A DNA stretch of 64,000 nucleotides from Octopus vulgaris (Eukaryota), in assembly GCA_951406725.2 (NCBI GenBank), contig OX597830.1:2790001-2854000 (forward strand), in the 5' to 3' direction. Under the pieces are notes generated by a model that saw only the letters and a program-made list of their open reading frames with translations, was not told where the DNA came from and did not search any database. This document shows, piece after piece, positions 25,554 to 37,625 of this stretch (within the stretch, counting starts at the first letter, position 1; the number at the start of each line of letters is the position of its first letter). The translations under genes and the position numbers were made by a program.

Positions 25554-26154
25554 TGCAGATGAAACTTAATCAACCGATGGAATTTTGATGCTTTTAGCAT
25601 TTGTCATCTACACAAGATGATTTCTTTTTTAGGACAACCACCACAACTGACAACATTATAAACAAAACATCCAAGACTGGTCAGATGGGCTAATTTATAT
25701 TCGTTTCAAAGACTGCTTCTTTTCAGCAATAGCTAATACACGCACACACACACATACACACACACACAAGCACATGTACACACACATTCACTCACACACA
25801 CAAATACACACACTCAAACAGAGACACACGGATATGTATATACATATACAGACGTTCACACATGCCCATACACACTCCCACACACACTCACACATACACA
25901 CACTTTCACATGCATATACACTTGCACTTATATGCACACACAAGCATAGACACACACCCAGGCATAAACACATGCCCACACGCACACACACATGTATGTA
26001 TAACAGAGCAGATACAGACATCATTTGACATTGTATTACCCACAATTTCTATAAGCGTGTGTTTGTGCTTACATGTGTGTGCTTGTGTTTGTGTATGTGT
26101 GTGTGTCTGTGTATGTATCAATCAGTGCGTCTGCACTGTTTACACCATTAATTT

Positions 26155-26360
26155 GATTCCAAATTTAGGCACAAGACCAGCAATTTCAGTGGGTGGGATA
26201 AGAGGATTTTATCAACCCCAGTGTCCAATGGGTATCTATTTTATCAACCCCTGTTAGAATGAAAAGCGAAGTCGATCTCAACTCAGAATGTAAAGTCAAA
26301 AGAAATACAGCCAAGCATTTTTCCTAACACAGTAGCCATTCTGATCACTTGCCACCTTAT
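26155..26360 (-). mobile_element. SINE family C, diverged
   Basis: ggcacaagaccag...atcaacccc...aactcagaatgtaaag. Confidence 0.7.
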
Positions 26361-26449
26361 TCACACCTGTAATTTAATGACGAAGTACACTTGTATCCAA
26401 TTATGATCATCATTTGTTGTTCTAATAATCATGAGGCTTTTTTGTATCT

Positions 26450-27063
26450 GTTATTTGGGAGATAGGGTGGATGTGTAAGTGGTGGATGTGAAGCAGCTGT
26501 GACAGCAAGAGTCAGACTTGGCTGGGTGAAGTTCAGGGAATGTGGGGCATTGGGAAAAGTTTCTCATTAAAACGAAAGGAAAGGTCTATGGGAGTTTTGT
26601 GAGAGCGGCAATGCTGTATGGGAGTGAGACATGGTGTTTGAGGGGGGAGAGAGGTGGCAATTTTGAGATGGACTGAGAGAGCAATGGTGAAAGAAATGTG
26701 TGGGGTGAAGCTGTTTGATAAGAGGAGGACTGAAGACTTGATGGGGATGCTGGGGTTGGAGGAATCGGTGGAATGGCTGGTAAGGGTGAATGGAGTGAGG
26801 TGGTATGGGCATGTGGTGAGGAAGGACAAGGAGCATGTTCTGAAGAGGGCACTGGAGTTTGAGGTAAATGGACTGAGAAAGCGAGGTAGACTGAGGAAAA
26901 TGTAGAGGGGACAGTTGGAGGGGGGGATTGGGAGAGTTGGCTTGAGAAGGGATGATGCCCAAAAGATGGTGAGATGGTGTAAGGGCGGCTGCTATGGCAC
27001 TGAGGTAGATCCAGCCACCCCCGTTAATGGGGACAAAACCCTGATTCAAAATGATGGATGGAT
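26450..27063 (+). mobile_element. RTE-clade LINE 3' fragment
   Basis: YLGD...GGCEAAVTARVRLGWVKFRE...MLYGSETW...RWYGHVVRK...KRGR; (gatg)n tail. Confidence 0.9.
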
Positions 27064-27299
27064 TTGTTGTTTTAATTAATTATTGCAAAAAGTAAATAAA
27101 AATAACACTGTAGCTATCTTAAATGAACAAGCGACCCAAGGGTGGGTATATGTCTTAATAACAGGGATGAGTTGTAAGTGCAGTGAACCTGAAATATGAC
27201 AGCATAGTTAAGAAGTTACCTTTGCAATTAAGGTGTTTCTATGTTCAGTCCCACTGCATGACACTTGGGGCAAATATTTCCTCAGCAGAAAATTTGAAT

Positions 27300-27825
27300 A
27301 TAAGGAAACATATTTCACTGCCATGTAGCATAGCTGTTTGCAAACAGGCATCAAACAATCAGCCTTTCCCTCTGAGGGAGAGGCCCTTTGTTACCAGCAG
27401 AAGTAAGAACTCTCTGAACTTTGCCCAGCTTATTCTTATTTTCACAGCTACGCTCTTGGAGCATCCACCTCCACTACAAACTTGGTCGCCCAGATAGGGA
27501 AAGCTATCTACTATCTCTGTCTTACCCACATGGCAGTTGATGAAGTCTATTTTCTGTACATTTTCAGAGTTTATTGTACCTGTGCACCTTCCACACACAA
27601 AATCTATCTTCCCAGTTTACCTTCCTCTGATATTGTTGCACCTCTTATGTGTCCATAGCTTATACTGTTTACATCCTTTGGAGTTTCTACCTACGCCTTT
27701 CCTAAGAAGCAAGCAAGGCCGTCTATCTGAAGGGACTTGTGATTTGTCTGCCTTCCTACTTACGAAGACTTTGGTTTTTGCTAGGTTAACTCTAAGGTCC
27801 TTTGATTCTCACCTTAACTGAAACT
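27300..27825 (-). mobile_element. RTE-clade LINE internal fragment
   Basis: VDSFPYLGDQVCSGGGCSKSVAVKIRISWAKFRE...LSLRGKG. Confidence 0.88.
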
Positions 27826-27861
27826 TCTGATAGTGATTCAGCTATAAAAACAAATGCAAAC

Positions 27862-27864
27862 ATG

Positions 27865-27896
<32 letters not shown>

Positions 27897-27960
27897 TGTA
27901 TGTATGTATGTATGTATGTATGTATGTATGTATGTATGTATGTATGTGTATGTATTATGT
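27862..27960. repeat. (TATG)n microsatellite
   Basis: Direct reading. Confidence 0.97.
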
Positions 27961-28601
27961 ATGCTTGCATGTGTGTGTATGCATATATATATATATCCGC
28001 AGTTATGTATATACATATGTGTGTATGTATGTATATATATATATATATCTATACATGCATACATATACACACATACATACATAATGGTTATCATGCTCCT
28101 AAGGTATTCAGTTCTATCTGTGATGTCAAAATTACCAGCAGTCCATGTTAGGCAGCTGAAGTGGGGTTCATTTCCAATTGTTCCACCTGTCAGGTGTCCT
28201 CGTTTCTATTTCTTATATGCACACAGGCACATTTTTCCACATGTTCTGCAATGTATATATGTATATGTATGCACATACGTGTATGAGTGTGTGACCATGT
28301 GTTTGCATGGTTGCAAATGTGTGTGTATGTGCGTATCTCACACAGAAGTATATTGGCATGGCATTGCGAAAAGAAATTGTGAAAATCTTGAGGCTTTACT
28401 AATGAAGTCCTTTGAGATATTTGTTCTGCCTTGACATTGACATTCTCTTGTCACTGTCACAATTACAAAATGTAGTGAATCATTAATTAACCCACTGGAA
28501 TATTGTAACAAGTGATCTTATTGTACATCAAAATGTAATAGAAAATACATAGGAATGAATAAACAACCTGGTAGAGCTGTGTCAATACTAGCGAGTATAT
28601 A

Positions 28602-28654
<53 letters not shown>

Positions 28655-29591
28655 GTGCAAGTATCTGTAACTGGCTGTATCTGTGCCGAAGGATGTGTAT
28701 GTAAAAGCCCATGAAGATGTGTACGGCCCTATGTATGTCAGCTCCTAAAACTACATTGTTTCAAATAATGCAACAACTCTATGGAGAAAGAGGAAGCAGT
28801 TAGAATCGCTTTTGTGATGCTGTTAGTTAAATATATATATTTACTTAAAGATTGGCTCTGATCAGATTGCAGAATCGATACTAATATTAGATTCTGGTTT
28901 ATAGCTGCCACACTCTTTCCTTTTTCTTCTATTTTTCTTACTATTTACAAGTAGTTGCAAGGCAATTACGTGTGCATGGAAATATTCTCTGACACATTCA
29001 TATGAACACATATATATGTGCATACACACACACATGCACATGCAGACGTAGATAGGAACACATGCGCACAGACTGACACACATATACAGATAACTACACA
29101 TATGCACATACACTCAGACATGCATATACACGTACACACACATTGTGTTTGCTTTACAAAACTGAAAGACATATATTGATGTGTACTTGTGTGTATGCTT
29201 CAGTTTGGGAATGTGCTTGCATGTGTGTACATGCATTTTTGCATGTGTATCAGTGTGTGTATGCATCAGTTTGTGTTTATGTGTCAGTGTGTTCGTGTAT
29301 GTGTCAGGGTGTGTGCATGTGTCTGTGTGTGTATGCATTAGTGTGTGTATGCGTCAGTTTGTAATTATGCGTCAGTGTGTGTGTATGCGTCGATGTGTGT
29401 GCATGTATCAGTGTGTGTCTATGCGTCAGTGCATGTGTGTTCTCACCAGTTCTCGACATATATATATATTCTCCACCAAAACAGCATCTGTCTCTCTCGC
29501 TCTCTCTCTCTCCCTCTGCAGAAACGGTGCTGACGTTCTGGCGTTAGTGTGGCTGTTGTGGAATTGTGCTTAGAAAACTTTTGCCTAGTTA

Positions 29592-29712
29592 ATGTCGGAG
29601 ACATTCACTTTCCATTATGACGAGGAGTTATCTTTATGGTGTCTGAGAATGTTATTGAAACGCGGGTGGAGAAGGGAGTTGCGGACAGGTGGGAGGAACC
29701 AAATTTCGGTGT
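29592..29712 (+). CDS. Candidate alternative first coding exon
   Basis: ATG-initiated 40 codons (MSETFTFHYDEELSLWCLRMLLKRGWRRELRTGGRNQISV) ending at |gtaagt in phase 1; locally CpG-retaining unique sequence. Confidence 0.3.
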
Positions 29713-30621
29713 GTAAGTGCTATGCAAAGCCGAGAGACAGTCTGAGAATATATTTATTGAGAATGTTCCAAAGACTTGCTGTTGGTTCCGTAATTGTACA
29801 GGATTTAACTGCTCTGTAAATGTGTGAATGTTGAAGAAAGCTAATACAACAAATGTCTACGGTGTTGCTGTTGTTATTGTTGCTGATGGTGGTGGTAATG
29901 TTGTTTAGCCCCAGTTCTGCCCTGATCATGAAGTACTATGATTAAAGGCAAGTAACGTAGACCTTCCAACGTTTTTATAGACATAGTTTATCTAGGAGTA
30001 CATTAACCATCATGGCCTTTCCTTCTTTAAGGAAAGCTGAAGAAAACTTGGTTTCTATTTCTTTTACTATTGTTATTCATGCGATTATGTTGGAGCTTAC
30101 ATTTGTTTGTCGCACCAGTTAACCATCACCCAGTAAATCTATACAAACAGTTCACACTATAATGATCCGTCTGACTCATGTCATTATGGAAAACAAATGT
30201 AAAATGATGATAATGTGTGTGTGTGTGTGTGTGTAAATCTGTATCCTACTCTCATTTGCCTTCTGGAAAGTTATAGGTCAGAAAGTTCATAGCTATTCTT
30301 GTTCGTCGAAGTCTTTAGGAAATCTTCATTTCCTGGTGAAAGATTCTACAATTTTTGTATACGATGTTGTCGAATGTGTAAACAAGTTTGTAATGAGGAC
30401 ACAGTGTCTGGTGAATACTTCGTTGCAAGACCTCATTGTTCCTATTCTTAACTGAACCATTTTTGAAGCGAAGCTTCACAACTCATCAATTACAGAAAAA
30501 CAATATAAAGGAATACAATACGTGAAAACACAACAAACATTGAATCTTTCTATGAAGTTCACTGGAATCAAATCTCTGTGAATGTGCATGTGTCTATTTG
30601 CAATAAGTTCTGATATGTATG

Positions 30622-30652
<31 letters not shown>

Positions 30653-30787
30653 TAAAATTACTAATCTCTCTAAAGGAGATTATGGCAGCATTACTGGAAA
30701 TTAATAGTTATTGCCATACTTATATGGCAGTCTTATAAATATAAGACTGCCATATAAGTATGGCGATAACTATTAATATATATATAT

Positions 30788-30998
30788 ACTCTTTACTCTC
30801 TTTTACTTGTTTCAGTCATTTGACTGTGGCCATGCTGGAGCACCACCTTTAGTCAAGCAAATCAACCCCTTATTCTTTGTAAGCCTAGTACTTATTCTAT
30901 CGGTCTCTTTTGCTGAACTGCTAAGTTATGGGGACATAAACACACCAGCATTGGTTGTCAAGCAATGTTGAGGCACAAACACAGACACACAAACATTT

Positions 30999-31033
<35 letters not shown>

Positions 31034-31110
31034 CACATATATATGACAGGCTTCTTTTAGTTTCTGTCTACCAAATCCACTCATGAGGCTTTGGTCGGCC
31101 CGAGGCTATA
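30788..31110 (-). mobile_element. SINE family A, 5'-truncated
   Basis: Matches ~44075-44437 in reverse. Confidence 0.9.
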
Positions 31111-31111
31111 T

Positions 31112-31415
31112 GCTGATAGCATGTAAAAAGCACTATCCAAATGTGGTAGATGTTACACCCCACCAACTGGCTCCTGTGCCAGCAGCACATAAAAAGCACC
31201 ATCCAAACATGGTTGATGCCAGTGCCACCTTGACTTGATCCCTTGCCGGTGGCACGTAAAAAGCACCCACTACACTCTTGGAGTGGTTGGTTTTAGGAAG
31301 GGCATCCAGCTGTAGAAACATTGCCAGATCAGATTGGTGCAGCCTCCTGACTTGCCAGTCCCCTAACCGATGCCAGCATGGAAAACGGACGTTAAACGAT
31401 GATGATGATGATGAT
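31112..31415 (+). mobile_element. (GAT)n-tailed SINE (family D), 3' part
   Basis: Internal repeats aaaagcacc...gtgcc, then aggaagggcatccagctgtagaaac and catggaaaacggacgttaaac(gat)n. Confidence 0.85.
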
Positions 31416-31742
31416 ATATACACATACATATTAATGTGTGTTTTTATGCTCAATTACAATAAAAGCAATTTTGCATTAATCTGATGGCTTACTCCATACT
31501 TTTGTAGAGTACAAATTTATTATTTTTATACAAGAATGTTCTTGATAGTGACTTCAAATTTTTGGCCAGCTAAGTCATCATCAGATGATTGCTTAGCTAG
31601 CCAAAACTTCGAAATCACTGTCATCAGCATTCTTGTTTAGAAACAGTACAGAAACGAGACCCCAAAACATTGAAAGGCGGTGCTCTAGCATGGCCCCAGC
31701 CTCTGGCTAAAATGAGTTGGAGAGTAAAAGAATAAAAGAATA

Positions 31743-32004
31743 TATCATCATCATCATCGTTTAACGTCTGCTTTCCAGGCTGGCATGGGTTGGACGTTTT
31801 GACTGAGGACTGGTGAGCTACAAGGCTGCACCAGGCTCCAATCTGATCTGGCAGAGTTTCTACAGCTGCAGCTGGATGTCCTTCCTAATGCCAACAACTC
31901 CGAGAGTGTAGTGGGTGCTTTTTACATGCCACCATCATGAGTGCCAGTCAGGCGGTACTGGCAACAGCCATGCTCAAATGGTGCTTTTTATGTGTCACCT
32001 GCAC
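31743..32004 (-). mobile_element. SINE family D
   Basis: Inverted homologue of 31112-31415. Confidence 0.85.
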
Positions 32005-32019
32005 ATAAATATATATACA

Positions 32020-32163
<144 letters not shown>

Positions 32164-32309
32164 TGGATATATTATTCCATAACGCCCACCTCTGATGAGC
32201 GCAGGTTTACATAATCGGATTGTTACCTAACACTTCTTTGAAACGCTAGTGTGAAACTGACTGGTAAGATCAGCCATAATGGATATGTAATACTGGGCTC
32301 TTCAAATAA

Positions 32310-32345
<36 letters not shown>

Positions 32346-33399
32346 CATACATATTACAGATAGATAGACAGGCAGACAGACGGACAGACAGATAGATAGA
32401 TAGTTTGATGTATTTTCATATTGTTCTGTAATTATAGATACAAAGGTAGACATTGAAAAAGATAGATAGTAGACACATTGACGAAAATCACTGAAAAAGT
32501 TAACATAAAATGAAGAGAATTGTAACTTAACAACTGCAACTACATCCAATTTAATAGAAAAGCTCGCTGCAACTTCAAACACGGTGAACCTGTGCTCCAA
32601 ACACTAACAAAAATAAAAAGCAGCTATCAATAAACTAAAGAGATAAGTGAATGAATCAACAACAGCCAAACAAAACGAAGGAAGGTAGCGAACATTCGTG
32701 TGTGTGCCTACTAACTTCACATGTTCACTAAATCACAAAAACAAAAGTTGGTAATCTCAACTGTAACAATGGCTACACATCATCGCATTCAACAATGGCA
32801 ACATCAAATAACACGGCTTTTATTCAAACAATAAGAAAACACCTTTAATATATATGTTTCTCAAATCCTGTATTCAAAAACCTATGATTGGAAAACTACC
32901 AATATCTCGGCCATATTGGGAAAGCAGAAAGGAAGGAGGAAAGAAAGAAAGAAAGAAAGAAGACAGTGAAGGACACACAGACAAAAACACTGATTCATTC
33001 CCCCTCCTCCACCTTCCTGAACCTTACAATTGTATTCACTGAAATATTTACGAAAATCAAATATATAATACGTAAAAATGAAGCAAAAATGAATACCATC
33101 ACAAGTCACACAATCTGATAAATACTATAAGTATTGTATAAACATGGAGGATTCGAAGGGATCATGGTTGTCACATGTATACACATCAACATACATGGAC
33201 ATGTATATGTATCTAGCCATACGTAATATGCACTTATATGGATCGCTTTATATTTATTTATAAATGTATGTTCATGTATATCTGCGTATGCATGTGCACG
33301 TGTGTGCATGTATGTATGTATGTATATGTACACACACACACATGTATGTATACATGCACACATACACACACATGTATGTATACATGCACACATACACAC

Positions 33400-33670
33400 A
33401 CATGCCTGACATGTGACTCCCCCAAGAAGTGGTTTTACAGTAAACTGGCAGAAGACAATTGCACACAGGGTTGACAGGAAAAGCAGTGCAAGGACACCGT
33501 TCAAAGCCTCGCTGAAGGACTGTGAGATCAAATCTGGCCCCTGGGAAAGGCAAGCACAAGGGTAACCCCTGGCTGACAAAGCTGTTCCAATAGAGGTGTC
33601 ACCTCCTACGAACGGAACAGGATTGTAAGGGTACAAAGAAAATGAGAACTACACAAGTTCAGAGCCAACG
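33400..33670 (+). mobile_element. RTE/BovB-like LINE C-terminal fragment
   Basis: LPKKWFYSKL...KD..KASLKDCEI...WE...A motif, frameshifted. Confidence 0.75.
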
Positions 33671-33707
33671 CTTTCCCTTCACAACAACAACAACAACAAC
33701 AACAACA

Positions 33708-33908
33708 ATCCTTTGTACTATAGGAGCAAGGCATGAAACTGTTGGGGGAAGGAGCTATTAAATGACATTGATTGCAGTATTTCTCTTTCTGGTACTTGTC
33801 TATTTTATGAACTCCAAAAAGAGGAAAGATAAAATTGGCAGAATTTGAACTCAGAACCCCTGAGCATTTTGTACTGTATGCTAAGAAGTCTGCCAGATCA
33901 CCACTTTA
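33708..33908 (-). mobile_element. SINE family C, diverged
   Basis: atcctttgtactatagg...gaatttgaactcagaac. Confidence 0.7.
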
Positions 33909-33932
33909 ATAATAATAATGATGATGATGACA

Positions 33933-34343
33933 AAATGCCCTGATACAGTACCAGGCAGTGGCTCTCATGGCTTCTGATCTTAACTGATTGGAAGTGATAT
34001 CATGTACATTGCTTTGTCTTGGTATAAAAGATGGGCTACAGCAAATATTCTGCTCCATACCACAGAATTGCATGTCAGCTGTTTGACCGTAACCAGTTGA
34101 GCATGTCCCTTAATGGCTGATGATATGTGCATCTCTGATAACGAGCAGAAGTAGTGGGGAGCATCATAGCCACGTGTTGAGAGGGATTCTTTGGGGTTTG
34201 AATAATTCACCTCAGGAAACATGGGTGGTTCGTTCAACATCCTCAAACAACCCTTATTTGAGTGGGATGGGCTACTCGACCTGAAGAAAATTCTACCTGG
34301 ACCCCCACCTACAAAGTCACGTGCTGTATATCTTGAGATGGGG
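33933..34343 (-). mobile_element. Probable SINE-like dispersed repeat
   Basis: GC-richer non-coding block ending in an (ATT/ATC)n tail on the minus strand; single copy here, recognised from recall only. Confidence 0.45.
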
Positions 34344-34627
34344 TCAGCATGTCATGCACTTATGAATTTGATGTGTGTGCCGACCTTCTAGGTATTCAAT
34401 CTTATGCTCTTCCACTCCCATTAATCCACCACTCTGATGTCTGACGTTTACCAATTCGTCACATGCATTTGAGCCACATGATACACGATGCCATTTGATA
34501 TGAGCTTCCATAAGTTCTGTAGTAGCAGGATCAATCAATAATTTCCGAATTGGATTTGTGTTGATTTCAGTATAAATCTCAATTGGATGAAAGTGCCAAT
34601 GAGAAGATGCTATATATACATATATTG

Positions 34628-34680
<53 letters not shown>

Positions 34681-35117
34681 GTATGAATGCTGTACATGTA
34701 TAAGGAATGGGGAATGTATGAGTGAGCAATGCTGAATAATCTTCAAGACCATTAAGTATGTAACTAATACAAGATGCCAACACAAGAGAAACAAATTGGA
34801 TCATCAACCTGCCTTGCTAATTGTTTGCTTTCACTCTATGGCTCTCGAAACCTTTCTGATACATATATATTGGCACTAAATTGATTTAAGGCCACTCATG
34901 GCTGTATACATTTATGTATTTATATTTATATGTTCACCAATATAATGCTCTTATATGACACATTTTAAACATAGATTTAATATTCATCCATGGTGTGGAT
35001 TTTAAAATTGTCGAGATAATGATACAATTGAAATATTCTTAAATGAATTAACTCTAAATGTTTCCAACATTAATATGATATCCAGATTAAGGCAGATAAA
35101 GGCCCACTGTTATCTCT

Positions 35118-35165
<48 letters not shown>

Positions 35166-35864
35166 GTCTATCAGTTTATTGTTTCATATATACATGTATG
35201 TATGTATGTATGTATGTATGTATGTATGTATGTATGTGTGTACAAACCATCCAAGGTTAAATATATTTACCTGCACCAAGGTAAGGTATAATTAAGCATT
35301 GGGCAAAATTAGTTCAAGGTGAAATTGCTAAGAATCTCTGAATTAATTGTTATGAATAACAGATAATGAGGTTGATATTAACTATTCTTCTTGTAATTTG
35401 ACCAGCAAAAACAAAAAAATATGTTCTGAAAGATGAGCTGAAGACAGTACCACTATGTGGACATTTCCTCTGCTAGAAGTAGTAAAAATTCTACCTCTGT
35501 CTTAAAAATAAAGAACATTTAATAACAATTCAGTTCTAAAGAAAGTAGAGGTGGGCATAGCAGGATTCTTTTAATTCTAATCTGCTTAATAAGGTATGGC
35601 TTAATGCTACAGGAGATAATCTTCCAAATATTTATTTTTATAACATCCAGTTTTTGAATAAAATTCAAACTTACAGTAAATCTGTGTACCACAACATTTA
35701 GAAATAGCAGCTAATTTCCCCTGAAATGCTTCCTTCTTTCCCTCTCTAGCTGCCACTAGAAATCCCAATTTTAGGTTATATAACAATGAGCAAGATTCTC
35801 TTAAAAGCCTAAAATTTCTGATCCTTACAAAGAGAACGAGAAGCAACAAACCTCATTGTATATT

Positions 35865-37127
35865 TTTAGGTTGTCCAGAAAGTTCTGAGTGTTTTTTAAT
35901 ATGGTAAAAGGGACATAAATAACTGACCTTTCAATAAATTTTATTGAATGAAATAATTTCCATTATTATTAATGACTTTTGTCCATCTATCAGGCAATTT
36001 CAATATTCCATCCACATAAAGTTTGACTGGTTTTGAAGAAAAGATGTTATATAGAAGCATTTTGACTCCATCTAAATCTTTAAATGTTTTTCCTTGCAAA
36101 GAGTTCTGTAGAGACAAGAACAAGTGGCAGTCGGATGATGCAATATGAGGAGAATATGGTGGATGGGGTAAGAGATCCCAGCCAAGGTCATGTGACTTTG
36201 TTCGGGTAACCAAAGACACATGTGGTTGGGCATTGTCTTGTCAGAACACTACTCCTTTCCTGTTGGCAATCTCCAGCCTCAGTTCTTTAATTTTTTGGTA
36301 CAAATTAGCCAGCTGACGAATTAATTGTCTGGATTAGTAGGAGAAGCTCATAATAAATAATGCCTTTATGATCCCACCAAACACAAAATATAGCTTTTTG
36401 GTAAGGATATTCTTCTTTGGTTGCTGCTTTGGAGGATCTTTATGCAAACTCCAGGATCTTTTTCTCCCTAAGTTTTTGTAAACAATCCATTTTACATCTC
36501 CAATCACAAGTTGTTTAAAAAAGGCAAGCTTTCATTCCATTTCAAAAGCATGTCACAAAAGGAATACTGGTTCAAGCAAATCTTTTCTGAGAGTCTTTGA
36601 GAGACCCACACATTATAGTGATAAATGTATCCTTGCTTCATTAGGTGTTCATGGGCCATACTTTTAGGAACTTCCAACTCCTCTGCAAGTTCCCTTGTGT
36701 TTTCTTTGATTTTTGACTTCAAAACATCTTCCTCCAATTTTGAAGGTCTTCCACTGTAACAGTCATCCTTCAAGCTAAACTCTCCAGCTTTAAATTTTGC
36801 AAACCATCTTTGAATAATTGATTCACCTACAGCATCATCATCACCAGAAACTTCACAAATGTTTTTGCAAGTCTTTGCAGCATTTTCTCCTTTTTGAAAA
36901 AAGAAAAACATCACAACACGAATATGAAATTTTTGCTTAGACATTTCAAATGTCAATAAAGGGTACCCAAAATGAAAGCTAAATCTATTTTCCGTCAGGA
37001 ACGAAGAGGAGATGCACCACCACTCCAAGCAATGCCAAAGGTTTTATTGTGTTACATTTCCAGTGTGTTCAATCAAGCATTAAAGATTTAGGTTTAAAAT
37101 GCTCAGAACTTTCTGAACCACCTAATA
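35865..37127 (-). mobile_element. Decayed mariner (DD34D) transposon
   Basis: TIRs ttaggttgtccagaaagttctgag / ctcagaactttctgaaccacctaa; ~1.26 kb. Confidence 0.93.
35941..36944 (-). pseudogene. Mariner transposase pseudogene
   Basis: HTH (IQRWFAKFKAG...SGRP), WVSQRL (WVPHEL-like), QDNAQPH, HPPYSPHIASSDCHLF, RW.KVI..NGNYF; stops and frameshifts. Confidence 0.93.
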
Positions 37128-37557
37128 TGTCACTTGAATGTTCCCTTTCCTATGCTTGCATGGGTCAGACAAAATTTGTTGAGGGAGATTTTCTTCAGCT
37201 GGATTCCTTTCCTGTTGCCAACCTTCAAGTTATTTCTAACAAAGGCAACATTTCCATTTCTTTGAACAGGAACAACTCAAAGCTAAATGAATGATGTGGT
37301 TTGTATGATGGAGAGGGTCCTTTGTGTCTAGTGCAGGTCAAGACAGGAAATATGAACACACACACGCACGTACACCCCCTCTCTTTCCTTCTCTCTCTCT
37401 ACACACACATATCTATGCATAAGGGAGCTCAGATGCTGCAAAACCCGAAACACCTGAGACCCCAGAAACACCCCTGACAATGCCTCCAAGAGCATGTGCA
37501 AGATGTGTCTTACCATTAAATGCATGGATCAATATATACAAACACACTCACACACAC

Positions 37558-37625
<68 letters not shown>

